Part shown: positions 7,403 to 15,840 of the stretch, in pieces
Layout: each line of letters begins with the position of its first letter
Position numbering within the stretch: position 1 is the stretch's first letter
Assembly (NCBI GenBank): GCA_044356295.1
Contig: JBIKWN010000043.1
Coordinates: 1 to 20,590, forward strand
DNA length: 20,590 nt
From: Bdellovibrionota bacterium
Lineage (GTDB): Bacteria; Bdellovibrionota_C; UBA2361; JBIKWN01
Direction of reading: 5' to 3'
Program-made: the position numbers and the translations under genes
Notes under the pieces: model-generated
Databases searched by the model: none
Seen by the model: the letters and a program-made list of their open reading frames with translations, nothing else
Told to the model about the DNA's origin: nothing

Positions 7403-9400
7403 ATGATTCCTCGTTTTTATAGAATAATTTTTCTTTCTACCATTATAGTTTCTTGCACTTTGCCTACATTTGCAGAGAGAAGACTAGGCGAGATGAGTCT
7501 TGAAGAATTAATGAACGTTAAGGTTTCGATAGCATCTGGAAAAGAAGTTGATATCCGTTCTGCACCAGGGATTGTAAGCGTTATCACTGAAGAAGAGATT
7601 AAGGCGTTAGGTGCGAGAGATTTTATTGATATCCTCAATCAAATTCCAGGATTTCAATTTGGAGTTGATGTAATTGGAGTTGTCGGTGTTGGCGTTCGTG
7701 GTATCTGGGGGCATGAAGGAAAAATATTGCTGCTCTGGAATGGTCATGAAATGAATGAATTGCTTTATTCAACGCTGCAATTTGGAAACCACTTTCCTGT
7801 AAATTTAATTAAGAAAATTGAGATCATCCGTGGACCCGGATCCGCTCTTTACGGTGGCAATGCTGAACTCTCTGTCATTAATGTCATTACCAAATCAGGT
7901 AGTGACTTAGATGGTGGTGAAGTTTTTGTGAGCTACGGACAGAATAGAGAAACATTTTCGCGGCGTAATATCGAGTTTGCTTACGGCGAACAAGTTGAAG
8001 ATTTCACTTACGATATTTCTGGTATTATGGGAGAGGGAACGAGAAGTTATAAGCAATATACCGATCAAGCAGGTAATAGCTTTGATCTTGCAGAGGACTC
8101 AGAGCTTAATCCTGGAATGCTCATGTTGAATCTTAAAAAAGGGAATTGGGATGCTCGTTTTCTTTATGATGATTATAGGACGAAACAGCGTGATGAATTT
8201 ACGGATATTTTATCTGAAGCAGTTAATGCTGATTTCACCTCTTATTTCTACGACCTAAGATATAATGCAGATATTTCTGACAGTCTTACTCTTATACCAA
8301 GAGTTTTTGTTAAAGATCAGATTCCTTACCGTGCAAACAATAATACCAAACAAGATAACACACCTTTGAATACTCGGGCCCAACGTGCTCAAGGAGAAAT
8401 GATTGCAAAGTACAAGTTAAGTAACTCAACTGATACATTATGGGGAGGACAGGTTTACTCTGATAGAGCCAGAAATTATATTGATGGGGAGTCTTTTGGA
8501 AACGGCAGTCAGTATTTTGATTACAGTGGGCGGGCTTTTTTTGGTCAAGCAATGATGCGATCTGATCTTGCCGATTTTACTGTCGGTGGACGTTATGATG
8601 CGCATAGCATTTTTGATTCTGCATTTGTTCCAAGAGTCTCTGCTACTAAAATAGTAGATAACTGGCACTTTAAACTTTTAGCAAGCTCTGCTTTTAGAAA
8701 TCCTGGAATTCAGAATATTAGTCTTAATCAGGCACTGATTAATGATAATGCTCCAGGAATAGATCCAATCAAAAGGGAAGAAACTACTGTATATGAATTA
8801 GAAACTGGGTACGCTTTTTCTGATAAAACTGTTCTTGTTTTTAACGTATCTCATACTCAGATTGACGACCCAATTGTGTACACGCTTTTGAATGATGGTG
8901 CTCAAGAAGGATATGTTAATGGAGACAAGGTTGCGTCTCTTGGTTTTGAAGCTGAACTAAAGCACAATTTTGATTGGGGTAAAACAGCAATTAGTTATTC
9001 ACACTATGCTGCACAAAATTCCAATGTAGATATTTATGAAGTCCCCAATGATAGTCAGTCTTATTTAGGTTTTGCCCGAGATAAAATAACTGCTTCTGCT
9101 TCTATCAACATGAATGATAGGACTTCACTCACCCCATCCTTGGTATTCCTTGGTTCTCGCTCTGGATATTATCAAATCGATAGTTCCGGAAATTCTGTGT
9201 TGAAAGAATTTGATCCGGTTGTTTTATTGAATGCTTATATTTCACATCGTCTCCAAGGGATTGAAAATCTTGAGCTTGGATTGGGTGTTTATAATATTCT
9301 TGGTCAGAATTTTAGCTTTATACAGCCTGCTAACAATGGTCATGCGCCGTTACCTGGGCTTTCTCCTGAGGTTATGGGTAGAGTTACTTATAGGTTTTGA
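7403..9400 (+). CDS. TonB-dependent outer-membrane receptor
   Basis: Signal-peptide-like N-terminus, SLEELMN...APGIVSVITEEEI plug start, KKIEIIRGPGSALYG plug motif, GVYNILG, and terminal aromatic strand VTYRF. Confidence 0.93.
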   Translation: MIPRFYRIIFLSTIIVSCTLPTFAERRLGEMSLEELMNVKVSIASGKEVDIRSAPGIVSVITEEEIKALGARDFIDILNQIPGFQFGVDVIGVVGVGVRGIWGHEGKILLLWNGHEMNELLYSTLQFGNHFPVNLIKKIEIIRGPGSALYGGNAELSVINVITKSGSDLDGGEVFVSYGQNRETFSRRNIEFAYGEQVEDFTYDISGIMGEGTRSYKQYTDQAGNSFDLAEDSELNPGMLMLNLKKGNWDARFLYDDYRTKQRDEFTDILSEAVNADFTSYFYDLRYNADISDSLTLIPRVFVKDQIPYRANNNTKQDNTPLNTRAQRAQGEMIAKYKLSNSTDTLWGGQVYSDRARNYIDGESFGNGSQYFDYSGRAFFGQAMMRSDLADFTVGGRYDAHSIFDSAFVPRVSATKIVDNWHFKLLASSAFRNPGIQNISLNQALINDNAPGIDPIKREETTVYELETGYAFSDKTVLVFNVSHTQIDDPIVYTLLNDGAQEGYVNGDKVASLGFEAELKHNFDWGKTAISYSHYAAQNSNVDIYEVPNDSQSYLGFARDKITASASINMNDRTSLTPSLVFLGSRSGYYQIDSSGNSVLKEFDPVVLLNAYISHRLQGIENLELGLGVYNILGQNFSFIQPANNGHAPLPGLSPEVMGRVTYRF

Positions 9401-9521
9401 TAAAGGAGCCTCAAAGCGGTCTTTTTATTCGCATACCTTTAAACGCTTGATTCTTTAGAATATTCCTCTGATATTTTGGTCGAAGTACCATAATTGTCTG
9501 GAAAGATACCTACATATGAAA

Positions 9522-9601
9522 TTTAGTAACGCGAAGGTCGCGAAGTACGCGAAGGATTTAATTAGATCCTTCGCGTACTTCGCGACCTTCGCGTTACTAA
9601 A
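9522..9601. repeat. 80-bp palindrome (36-bp perfect arms) built from 9-bp CGCGAAGNN units; REP-like
   Basis: 9522-9557 TTTAGTAACGCGAAGGTCGCGAAGTACGCGAAGGAT is the exact reverse complement of 9566-9601. The centre TTAATTAG is self-complementary except for one T/G pair. Confidence 0.95.
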
Positions 9602-9710
9602 AATGCCTTCAATGACTTTCTACAGGACAGTTGGGGCAAACTACTCCGTAATTTCTAAAAATTAAGTAATTATGTAACGTAGCTTTGCCATCTATGTATA
9701 ACCATTTGGA

Positions 9711-11222
9711 ATGATTGAGCGACTAGATAAATCACATATTACACAAATGATATTGGAGCTTCCTGAGTTGAAACGTCTTCAACCAGGAGATACAACCATC
9801 CATGGAACTGATAATCCAACCTATATCAATATGGGTTACGGGGGAAGGATTAGTGTTCATAGTGGTAATCAATCGATTGTAATCAAAGACCCTTCAAAAG
9901 ATCAGAGCACAGATCAAATTCCGTTATCGATACTCGTAAAATGTCATCAAGGTCTTACAGGTTTCCCTGAACAAGGAAGAGCACTTAACGATATCGAACT
10001 TTTGCAGTGGTACCGCAATGAAACTTCGATGCGCCCAGATCTTAATCGACCGATCGATACTCATTTTGTTTTAATACCGACACAAGACAGACCCGAAGAT
10101 TTAAAAAGATGCGTTACTAGTATTTTTGAGCAACATGCATCGTATCCACATCATAAAATAAAAATAATTATTTACGATGATTCATTGTTAGAGAATTCAA
10201 AGAAAGTAAATCGATTACATATTCGTTTATTAAAAGAGCGTGAAAATAGTAATTGCTCTATTCAATATGCAGATGCAAAAGATATTCAATCAATTCTTGC
10301 TGAAAAAAGTTCTCTTAGCCCGTATCATCAATCTTTTATTTTCCCTAAAACCGCTAGTTTCGGAAGAGCAAGGAATGCCCTCTTTATTTTAGCGGCAATT
10401 GAACATGGTAGTAGTAATGAAAATACTGCAATACATTTCTTTGATGATGATACTTCACTTCATACTGTTCAAATGAATGGAGTTATATCCGAGAAAGATA
10501 TAATTGTTAATCCATATTCAAGTGATTTCTTTGAACTAACGGCGACTGCACTTATGAAAACAGGACATGCCGGAGCTTGTGTTCAGGGTATTTTAGATAT
10601 GCCTCAACTTGAGCTTGTTTCGTTATGGCGATCGTTTTTACAAAAACAACTAGCGATATTAGTACATTCTGAAGACGAATTTTCAAAAGGTATTTTTTCT
10701 GCAGATGATCTAGCTTCTTATATCGAAGCGCTCAACGATGGTAGAGTGCCACATATTGATCATCGGATCCTAGGAAATAACACGTATGAATTCTTATCTG
10801 AGTTTTCTTCAAACATTGTAACGTTAGGATCTGGAAGATCCCTTTTATATGAAGTTGCGCTTGCTGTTCCTTTTGCAGTAGGTGGTTCTGAAGAAGATCA
10901 TATTCATGTAGATGCAGTTTCAGTGTTGGGTTATCGTCAAGAAAATAGCCAAGGCATAATTCATCATTGGTATGGAAAACAGAAGTTACCCCACGGCTTA
11001 TCATTGTGTTTAGAAGAGAGCGATTTAGAGACGATTCAACACCTTGATGAAGTTGGCGATAGGCTTGTTGCTGCTATTAGAGAAAATAATAGACACAGTG
11101 AAATTCAGTATCCAAAAAGAAATTCACTGTTACGGTACGGCGAAAATCATTATACAAGAGTCCAGTTGGCTACTTGGGAAAAATTAAAAAAAGAACTCAT
11201 GCAGAGTGAAGTGAAAGACTAA
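9711..11222 (+). CDS. Divergent GT-A fold (family 2-like) glycosyltransferase with an unknown N-terminal extension
   Basis: VLIPTQDRPEDLKRCVTSI, IIIYDDS, FGRARN, DxD motif HFFDDD, GGSEED and IIHH occur in the GT2 order. Confidence 0.7.
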   Translation: MIERLDKSHITQMILELPELKRLQPGDTTIHGTDNPTYINMGYGGRISVHSGNQSIVIKDPSKDQSTDQIPLSILVKCHQGLTGFPEQGRALNDIELLQWYRNETSMRPDLNRPIDTHFVLIPTQDRPEDLKRCVTSIFEQHASYPHHKIKIIIYDDSLLENSKKVNRLHIRLLKERENSNCSIQYADAKDIQSILAEKSSLSPYHQSFIFPKTASFGRARNALFILAAIEHGSSNENTAIHFFDDDTSLHTVQMNGVISEKDIIVNPYSSDFFELTATALMKTGHAGACVQGILDMPQLELVSLWRSFLQKQLAILVHSEDEFSKGIFSADDLASYIEALNDGRVPHIDHRILGNNTYEFLSEFSSNIVTLGSGRSLLYEVALAVPFAVGGSEEDHIHVDAVSVLGYRQENSQGIIHHWYGKQKLPHGLSLCLEESDLETIQHLDEVGDRLVAAIRENNRHSEIQYPKRNSLLRYGENHYTRVQLATWEKLKKELMQSEVKD

Positions 11223-11857
11223 ACTTTCCTTTTTAAAGATAACCCTAAAGAGGTAAAGCCTATTCTTTTAGGCTCTTCAAATTTCTTTAAAATTCCAAAT
11301 GCAAAATCAGCAACTCCGCCCATCTCAATTTTAGAAGAATCAGAGATATCGTCCTCAATAATGCGGTTTAATCTCAGTATAAATTCGTCAGCACGTTTTT
11401 GAATTTCGTGAACGAGTGGAGCCGATAATGACTCAGGTCTGGTAGAAATATAGAGACAGAAAGCTGCTTCTTCACGAACATGTTTTGATGGGTCATCTAA
11501 AGCATACAAGAAAATATCAGCGATGATTGGTGCGGATTTGATACACTCCATCAGGCCTGAAATCCAAATTGTTCTCAGAATCTCTACTTTATCATCTACA
11601 GTATTCTGGTTTACGTGAAATTGGCGATGAAATTTTTCTGCAGTTTCTTGAATGAGCGTAGAAGTAGATGTTTCAGGATTTGTCCAAAAGGAAATATCAA
11701 GGGAGAGAAGTCCATCTTTAACAGCTTGGAAATATCCAAGCGCACCTTTATTGTTGCCAGCTGAGCCAATAACTTCTTTTTGTGCAATCCGAAGTGTTTC
11801 TACAAGTTGATCTGGATCCTGATCCTGGGGAAACTGATACGCTCCAAATGAAAACAT
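11219..11857 (-). CDS. Hypothetical helical protein with one HEAT-like repeat
   Basis: 212-aa ORF with ATG 8 nt downstream of the biotin-carrier stop and GAGG upstream. The segment FLYALDDPSKHVREEAAFCL fits a HEAT motif. Confidence 0.65.
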   Translation of the reverse strand: MFSFGAYQFPQDQDPDQLVETLRIAQKEVIGSAGNNKGALGYFQAVKDGLLSLDISFWTNPETSTSTLIQETAEKFHRQFHVNQNTVDDKVEILRTIWISGLMECIKSAPIIADIFLYALDDPSKHVREEAAFCLYISTRPESLSAPLVHEIQKRADEFILRLNRIIEDDISDSSKIEMGGVADFAFGILKKFEEPKRIGFTSLGLSLKRKV

Positions 11858-11865
11858 CGCTTAGT

Positions 11866-12300
11866 TTACCTCAACAACGCTTCGCCTTTTCTTACCTCAG
11901 CGCCTTCAATTGCAAAAATTTCCGATATAACCCCATTCCATGGAGATGCAATGACATTTTCCATCTTCATCGCTTCTATGATTACAACTGGTTGCCCACA
12001 AGAAACTTCATCACCGATTTTAACGAGCATTTTTGCAACAATACCTGGTAGCGGTGAGCATATAGAATTTGGGTCGCTCGGTAGTTGTGTGGTTTCTTGT
12101 CGAATTATTCTTGGCTGAGCAGATTTTGTTATCCCAGAATTTAGAGCATAGCTTGGTGGCGCATACTCGCGAGCTTTTGGTTCAACACTGACAGTATAGG
12201 TTTGATTTCCTAACTCGAATGAAACGGTATCACCCTGTTTATCGATGAGTGTGACTTCAAATTCTTTTTCATTTACTGCGACAGTATATTTATTTTTCAT
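11866..12300 (-). CDS. Biotin carboxyl carrier protein (biotin/lipoyl-attachment domain)
   Basis: SPLPGIV...IEAMKMEN biotinylation motif. The start MKNKYTVAVNEKEFEV at ATG 12300 overlaps the upstream stop (ATGA). Confidence 0.92.
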   Translation of the reverse strand: MKNKYTVAVNEKEFEVTLIDKQGDTVSFELGNQTYTVSVEPKAREYAPPSYALNSGITKSAQPRIIRQETTQLPSDPNSICSPLPGIVAKMLVKIGDEVSCGQPVVIIEAMKMENVIASPWNGVISEIFAIEGAEVRKGEALLR

Positions 12301-12527
12301 CGGAGCTCCGAAATTTTTGATTGTGCACTCCAAAGCCTTGTAGGAAGTGGTTTGTTTTCAGGGATCAAAAGATACAGTGCAGATGCAATTGCAATAATAT
12401 CTTGATCAGAAGGAATTGATGAATCAACAGGGATCATAGGAAGTGCATCGATGCCATCTGGGTCAAGAAAAAAGGTCTGCTCAAATGATTGTGATTTACT
12501 CGATTTTTTAGAGCGGGATGTTGCCAT
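12297..12527 (-). CDS. Small acyl-CoA carboxylase/decarboxylase accessory subunit (epsilon/delta-like), putative
   Basis: 76-aa ORF overlapping the carboxyltransferase 3' end and coupled by ATGA to the biotin carrier. The C-terminal DIIAIASALYL...LW pattern resembles OadG/MmdD/AccE-type tails. Confidence 0.55.
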   Translation of the reverse strand: MATSRSKKSSKSQSFEQTFFLDPDGIDALPMIPVDSSIPSDQDIIAIASALYLLIPENKPLPTRLWSAQSKISELR

Positions 12528-14058
12528 GTTTCTTCTTTGGATTAGTTTGAGATTTTCCTTCAAGGAAAGCAAAAGATTTTATGAGTTCTTTTCTCGTGTT
12601 CTTTGGTTCAATCACTGCATCGATAAAACCAAGACGAGCAGCTTCCCAAGGGTTTGAAAATTGATCCTTGTAGCTTTCGATAAGTTCTTTTCTTCGTTCC
12701 TCACGAAATTGCAGAGGAAGAGATTCAATCTCTTTTCTAAAAAGAATTTGAACAGCACCTTCTGCTCCCATTACTGCAATCTCGGCTCCTGGATAACTTA
12801 AGTTTACATCAGCACGGATATGTTTCGATGCCATAACATCATAGGCACCGCCATATGCTTTTCTTGTTATGACCGTTACTTTTGGTACGGTACTTTCAGC
12901 GTAAGCGTACAAAAGTTTCGCGCCGTGTCGTATGATACCACCATGCTCTTGTTCAATACCTGGTAAAAATCCTGGAACATCCACAAGAGTAACAAGTGGA
13001 ATCGAAAATGCATCACAGAAACGAACAAAACGGGCAGCTTTTGTGCTGGCATTAATATCAAGACAACCTGCAAGAACCATCGGCTGATTTGCTACCACAC
13101 CGATTGACTGTCCATTAAGGCGAATAAATCCAGTAACAATATTTTGAGCAAAGTTTTCTTGTAGTTCAAAAAAATCGTTGTTGTCTGCAACTTCAACAAT
13201 GATTGATTTTATATCATAAGGTTTATTTGGTTCGTCTGGAACCAATGTTTGCAGAGAATGATTGATCCTTCCGAGCGTATCACCAGATTGCACTCTTGGT
13301 GCTGGGTCTAGGTTATTCTGTGGAAGAAATGATAAAAGTATTTTTAATTGATTCAGTGCATCTTCATCCGATGAGCAAACTTTGTGACAAACACCGCTGA
13401 CACTTTCATGTGTATGAGCACCACCGAGTGACTCTTTATCGATATCTTCTCTCGTTACCTGTTTTATTACTTCAGGACCTGTAATAAACATATGGCTTGT
13501 GTGATCAACCATAAATATAAAATCTGTGATTGCAGGACTATAGACGGCACCCCCTGCACATGGTCCCATTACAAGAGAGATTTGAGGAACGACACCAGAT
13601 AACAATGTATTTTTAAGGAAGATATCGGCGTACCCTCCGAGGCTTTCAACACCTTCATGAATCCTAGCACCACCAGAATCATTAATGCCTATGACGGGGC
13701 ATCCGATTTTTTCGGCATGCTCCATGACTTTAATTATTTTTTTAGCGTGCGCCGCTGCGAGTGAACCACCAAAAACTGTGAAATCTTGGCTAAATACACA
13801 AATATACCTTCCGTGCACGGTACCAAAGCCAGTGATGACGCCATCTCCAAGAAATTTCTGTTCGCCAATGCCGAAATTGGTAGCGTTATGGGTCACAAAA
13901 GCATCGAGCTCGACGAAGCTGTCTTGGTCAAGCAGAGTGAGGACTCTTTCTCGGGCAGTAAGTCGTTTTCCACCAGCTCGTTGTTTTTGGAGCCTATCTA
14001 GACCACCAGCAGAAAGAAGCTCTTGCTGTTTTAGATGTAACTCTTTTAGTCCTTTCAT
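12508..14058 (-). CDS. pccB: Acyl-CoA carboxyltransferase (propionyl-CoA carboxylase beta / methylmalonyl-CoA decarboxylase alpha type)
   Basis: LTARERV, GDGVITGFG, DSGGARIHEG, GPCAGGAVYSPA, VDVPGFLPG, RKAYGGAY, and C-terminal KKHGNIPL. ATG 14058 is chosen because the track's longer start overlaps the divergent mutase. Confidence 0.92.
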   Translation of the reverse strand: MKGLKELHLKQQELLSAGGLDRLQKQRAGGKRLTARERVLTLLDQDSFVELDAFVTHNATNFGIGEQKFLGDGVITGFGTVHGRYICVFSQDFTVFGGSLAAAHAKKIIKVMEHAEKIGCPVIGINDSGGARIHEGVESLGGYADIFLKNTLLSGVVPQISLVMGPCAGGAVYSPAITDFIFMVDHTSHMFITGPEVIKQVTREDIDKESLGGAHTHESVSGVCHKVCSSDEDALNQLKILLSFLPQNNLDPAPRVQSGDTLGRINHSLQTLVPDEPNKPYDIKSIIVEVADNNDFFELQENFAQNIVTGFIRLNGQSIGVVANQPMVLAGCLDINASTKAARFVRFCDAFSIPLVTLVDVPGFLPGIEQEHGGIIRHGAKLLYAYAESTVPKVTVITRKAYGGAYDVMASKHIRADVNLSYPGAEIAVMGAEGAVQILFRKEIESLPLQFREERRKELIESYKDQFSNPWEAARLGFIDAVIEPKNTRKELIKSFAFLEGKSQTNPKKKHGNIPL

Positions 14059-14115
14059 GCTGCCTGTAATCCCTTTATCTTTCCACGTACTGGATTCTAA
14101 TGATACTTTCGTGCT

Positions 14116-15663
14116 GTGAGCAATTCGAATCCTAATAAATATCAAAGAATATATGGTGCTGAAGCTTTTGGCGATGCAGGTGAGTTCCCTTATACACGTG
14201 GGATTCATTCTGAAATGTACCGTAAAAAACTATGGACAATGCGCCAGTATGCGGGTTTCGGAGATGCTACCGCTGCAAATGCTCGTTTTAAGTATTTGAT
14301 GTCTAAAGGAACTACTGGGCTTAGTATTGCGTTTGATCTTCCTACTCAAATGGGAAGAGACCCCGATCATCAGCTTTCTCAAGGTGAGGTTGGAAAGGTT
14401 GGTGTTTCTATTGCCACCAGTGATGATATATCGAATCTTTTTTCAGAGATTGATCTTTCAAAAGCCTCAGTCTCAATGACGATCAATGCAACTGCTACAA
14501 TTCTTTTAAGCCTTCTTTGCGTTAAAGCGAAAAAAGATGGAACAAAATTTTCTGATCTTCGTGGCACGACGCAAAACGATATTCTTAAAGAATATATTGC
14601 TCGGGGTACGTATATCTATCCTCCAAAAGGAGCAATGAAGCTCACGACAGATTTAATTTCATTTTGTAAAAATGAACTGCCTCAATGGAATACAATTTCA
14701 ATCTCTGGATATCATATTCGTGAAGCTGGAAGCACTGCTGCGCAAGAGATAGCGTTTACTCTTTCGGATGGCATTTCATATATTGAAGCTGCTCTTAAAA
14801 AAGGGCTTACTATTGATGAGTTTGCACCGAGACTTTCATTTTTCTTTAACGGGCATAGTAATTTTTTTGAAGAAGTTGCTAAATTTCGAGCCGCTCGGAA
14901 ATTATGGGCGACTTTAGTAAAGACTCGTTATAATCCAAGTAAAAAAGAGAGTATGCAGCTTCGATTTCATACACAAACTGCAGGAAGTACTTTAACGGCT
15001 CAACAACCTGAAAATAATATTGTAAGGACTACGCTTCAAGCCTTAGCAGCAGTTCTGGGTGGAACTCAAAGTTTACATACCAATGGCTTTGATGAAGCGA
15101 TAAGACTTCCCACACAAGAGGCAGCCACCCTTGCGTTAAGAACACAGCAAGTTATTGCTCATGAATCAGGTGTTATCGATGTTGTTGATCCTTTAGGTGG
15201 GGCTCCTTTTATTGAAGAATTAACAGATTCACTTTTTAATGAAGCTTTAAGTTTGATAGAAAAAATCGATTCGCAAGGTGGTATGATTGCTGCGATTGAA
15301 AATTACTTCCCACAGTCCGAGATAGAAAGAGCTGCGTACGATTTTCAAAAATCTGTTGAGCAGAAAGAAAATATAATAGTTGGTGTAAATGATTTTGTTG
15401 CTGAGTCTGATGACTCTGATAAACATAGTGAACAAATGAAATCTAGAGAGTCCTCTGAGGAGGATATTGTCGAAAAGTTGAAAGCTTTTAAAGGGAATCG
15501 AGATAGTGCCTTAGTTTCTGGCGCATTGCAGGCGGTGAAAAATGCTGCAACTTTGGATGAGAATACTATGCCTGTTACTATTAGTGCGCTTGAAGTTGGG
15601 TGTACGTTGGGTGAGATCAGTGACCAGTTCCGAGAGGTCTTTGGTGAGTATCACTCTGCTTAA
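14116..15663 (+). CDS. Methylmalonyl-CoA mutase, substrate-binding (large) subunit lacking the B12-binding domain
   Basis: PYTRG, WTMRQYAGF, GLSIAFDLPTQMG, QNDILKEYIARG, SISGYHIREAG, FHTQTAG, GGTQSLHTN. There is no DxHxxG cobalamin motif. GTG start with an in-frame stop at 14101. Confidence 0.93.
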   Translation: MSNSNPNKYQRIYGAEAFGDAGEFPYTRGIHSEMYRKKLWTMRQYAGFGDATAANARFKYLMSKGTTGLSIAFDLPTQMGRDPDHQLSQGEVGKVGVSIATSDDISNLFSEIDLSKASVSMTINATATILLSLLCVKAKKDGTKFSDLRGTTQNDILKEYIARGTYIYPPKGAMKLTTDLISFCKNELPQWNTISISGYHIREAGSTAAQEIAFTLSDGISYIEAALKKGLTIDEFAPRLSFFFNGHSNFFEEVAKFRAARKLWATLVKTRYNPSKKESMQLRFHTQTAGSTLTAQQPENNIVRTTLQALAAVLGGTQSLHTNGFDEAIRLPTQEAATLALRTQQVIAHESGVIDVVDPLGGAPFIEELTDSLFNEALSLIEKIDSQGGMIAAIENYFPQSEIERAAYDFQKSVEQKENIIVGVNDFVAESDDSDKHSEQMKSRESSEEDIVEKLKAFKGNRDSALVSGALQAVKNAATLDENTMPVTISALEVGCTLGEISDQFREVFGEYHSA

Positions 15664-15695
15664 AAATAAGATTATTTAACGCCAATAGCGGAAGC

Positions 15696-15764
15696 CCGTG
15701 ACCATGACCGTAGGCTTGAGCGTGAACGAAAATTTCTTGCTCACGCCTACGCTCACGGTCACGG
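15696..15764. repeat. Imperfect inverted repeat (26-bp arms, 3 mismatches) built from 6-bp units; REP-like or terminator-like
   Basis: CCGTGACCATGACCGTAGGCTTGAGC (15696-15721) versus the reverse complement of 15739-15764, CCGTGACCGTGAGCGTAGGCGTGAGC. Confidence 0.85.
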
Positions 15765-15805
15765 TCAAGGGTGGGAGGAGCGGGGGATCCGTAGCATTCT
15801 TTTGA

Positions 15806-15834
15806 TTGTCGCATAGCCCTTTATCTACTAGGAT
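15806..15834 (+). promoter_or_regulatory. Putative sigma70 promoter for the tal operon
   Basis: TTGTCG-N17-TAGGAT, with the -10 ending 6 nt before the tal ATG. Confidence 0.35.
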
Positions 15835-15840
15835 AGAGCC

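Noticed and set aside
9522..9601. CRISPR array or integron attC
   Set aside because: The units are 9 bp with no spacers and no cas genes. The hairpin is perfect, lacking attC extrahelical bases and clear RYYYAAC/GTTRRRY boxes.
14059..14208. 50-aa N-terminal extension of the carboxyltransferase
   Set aside because: It overlaps the divergent mutase gene. ATG 14058 gives a typical ~516-aa subunit.
15617..15814. 65-aa minus-strand ORF with DRDRER and GHGHG runs
   Set aside because: The low-complexity peptide is just the translation of the 6-bp-unit palindrome, and it overlaps the mutase 3' end.
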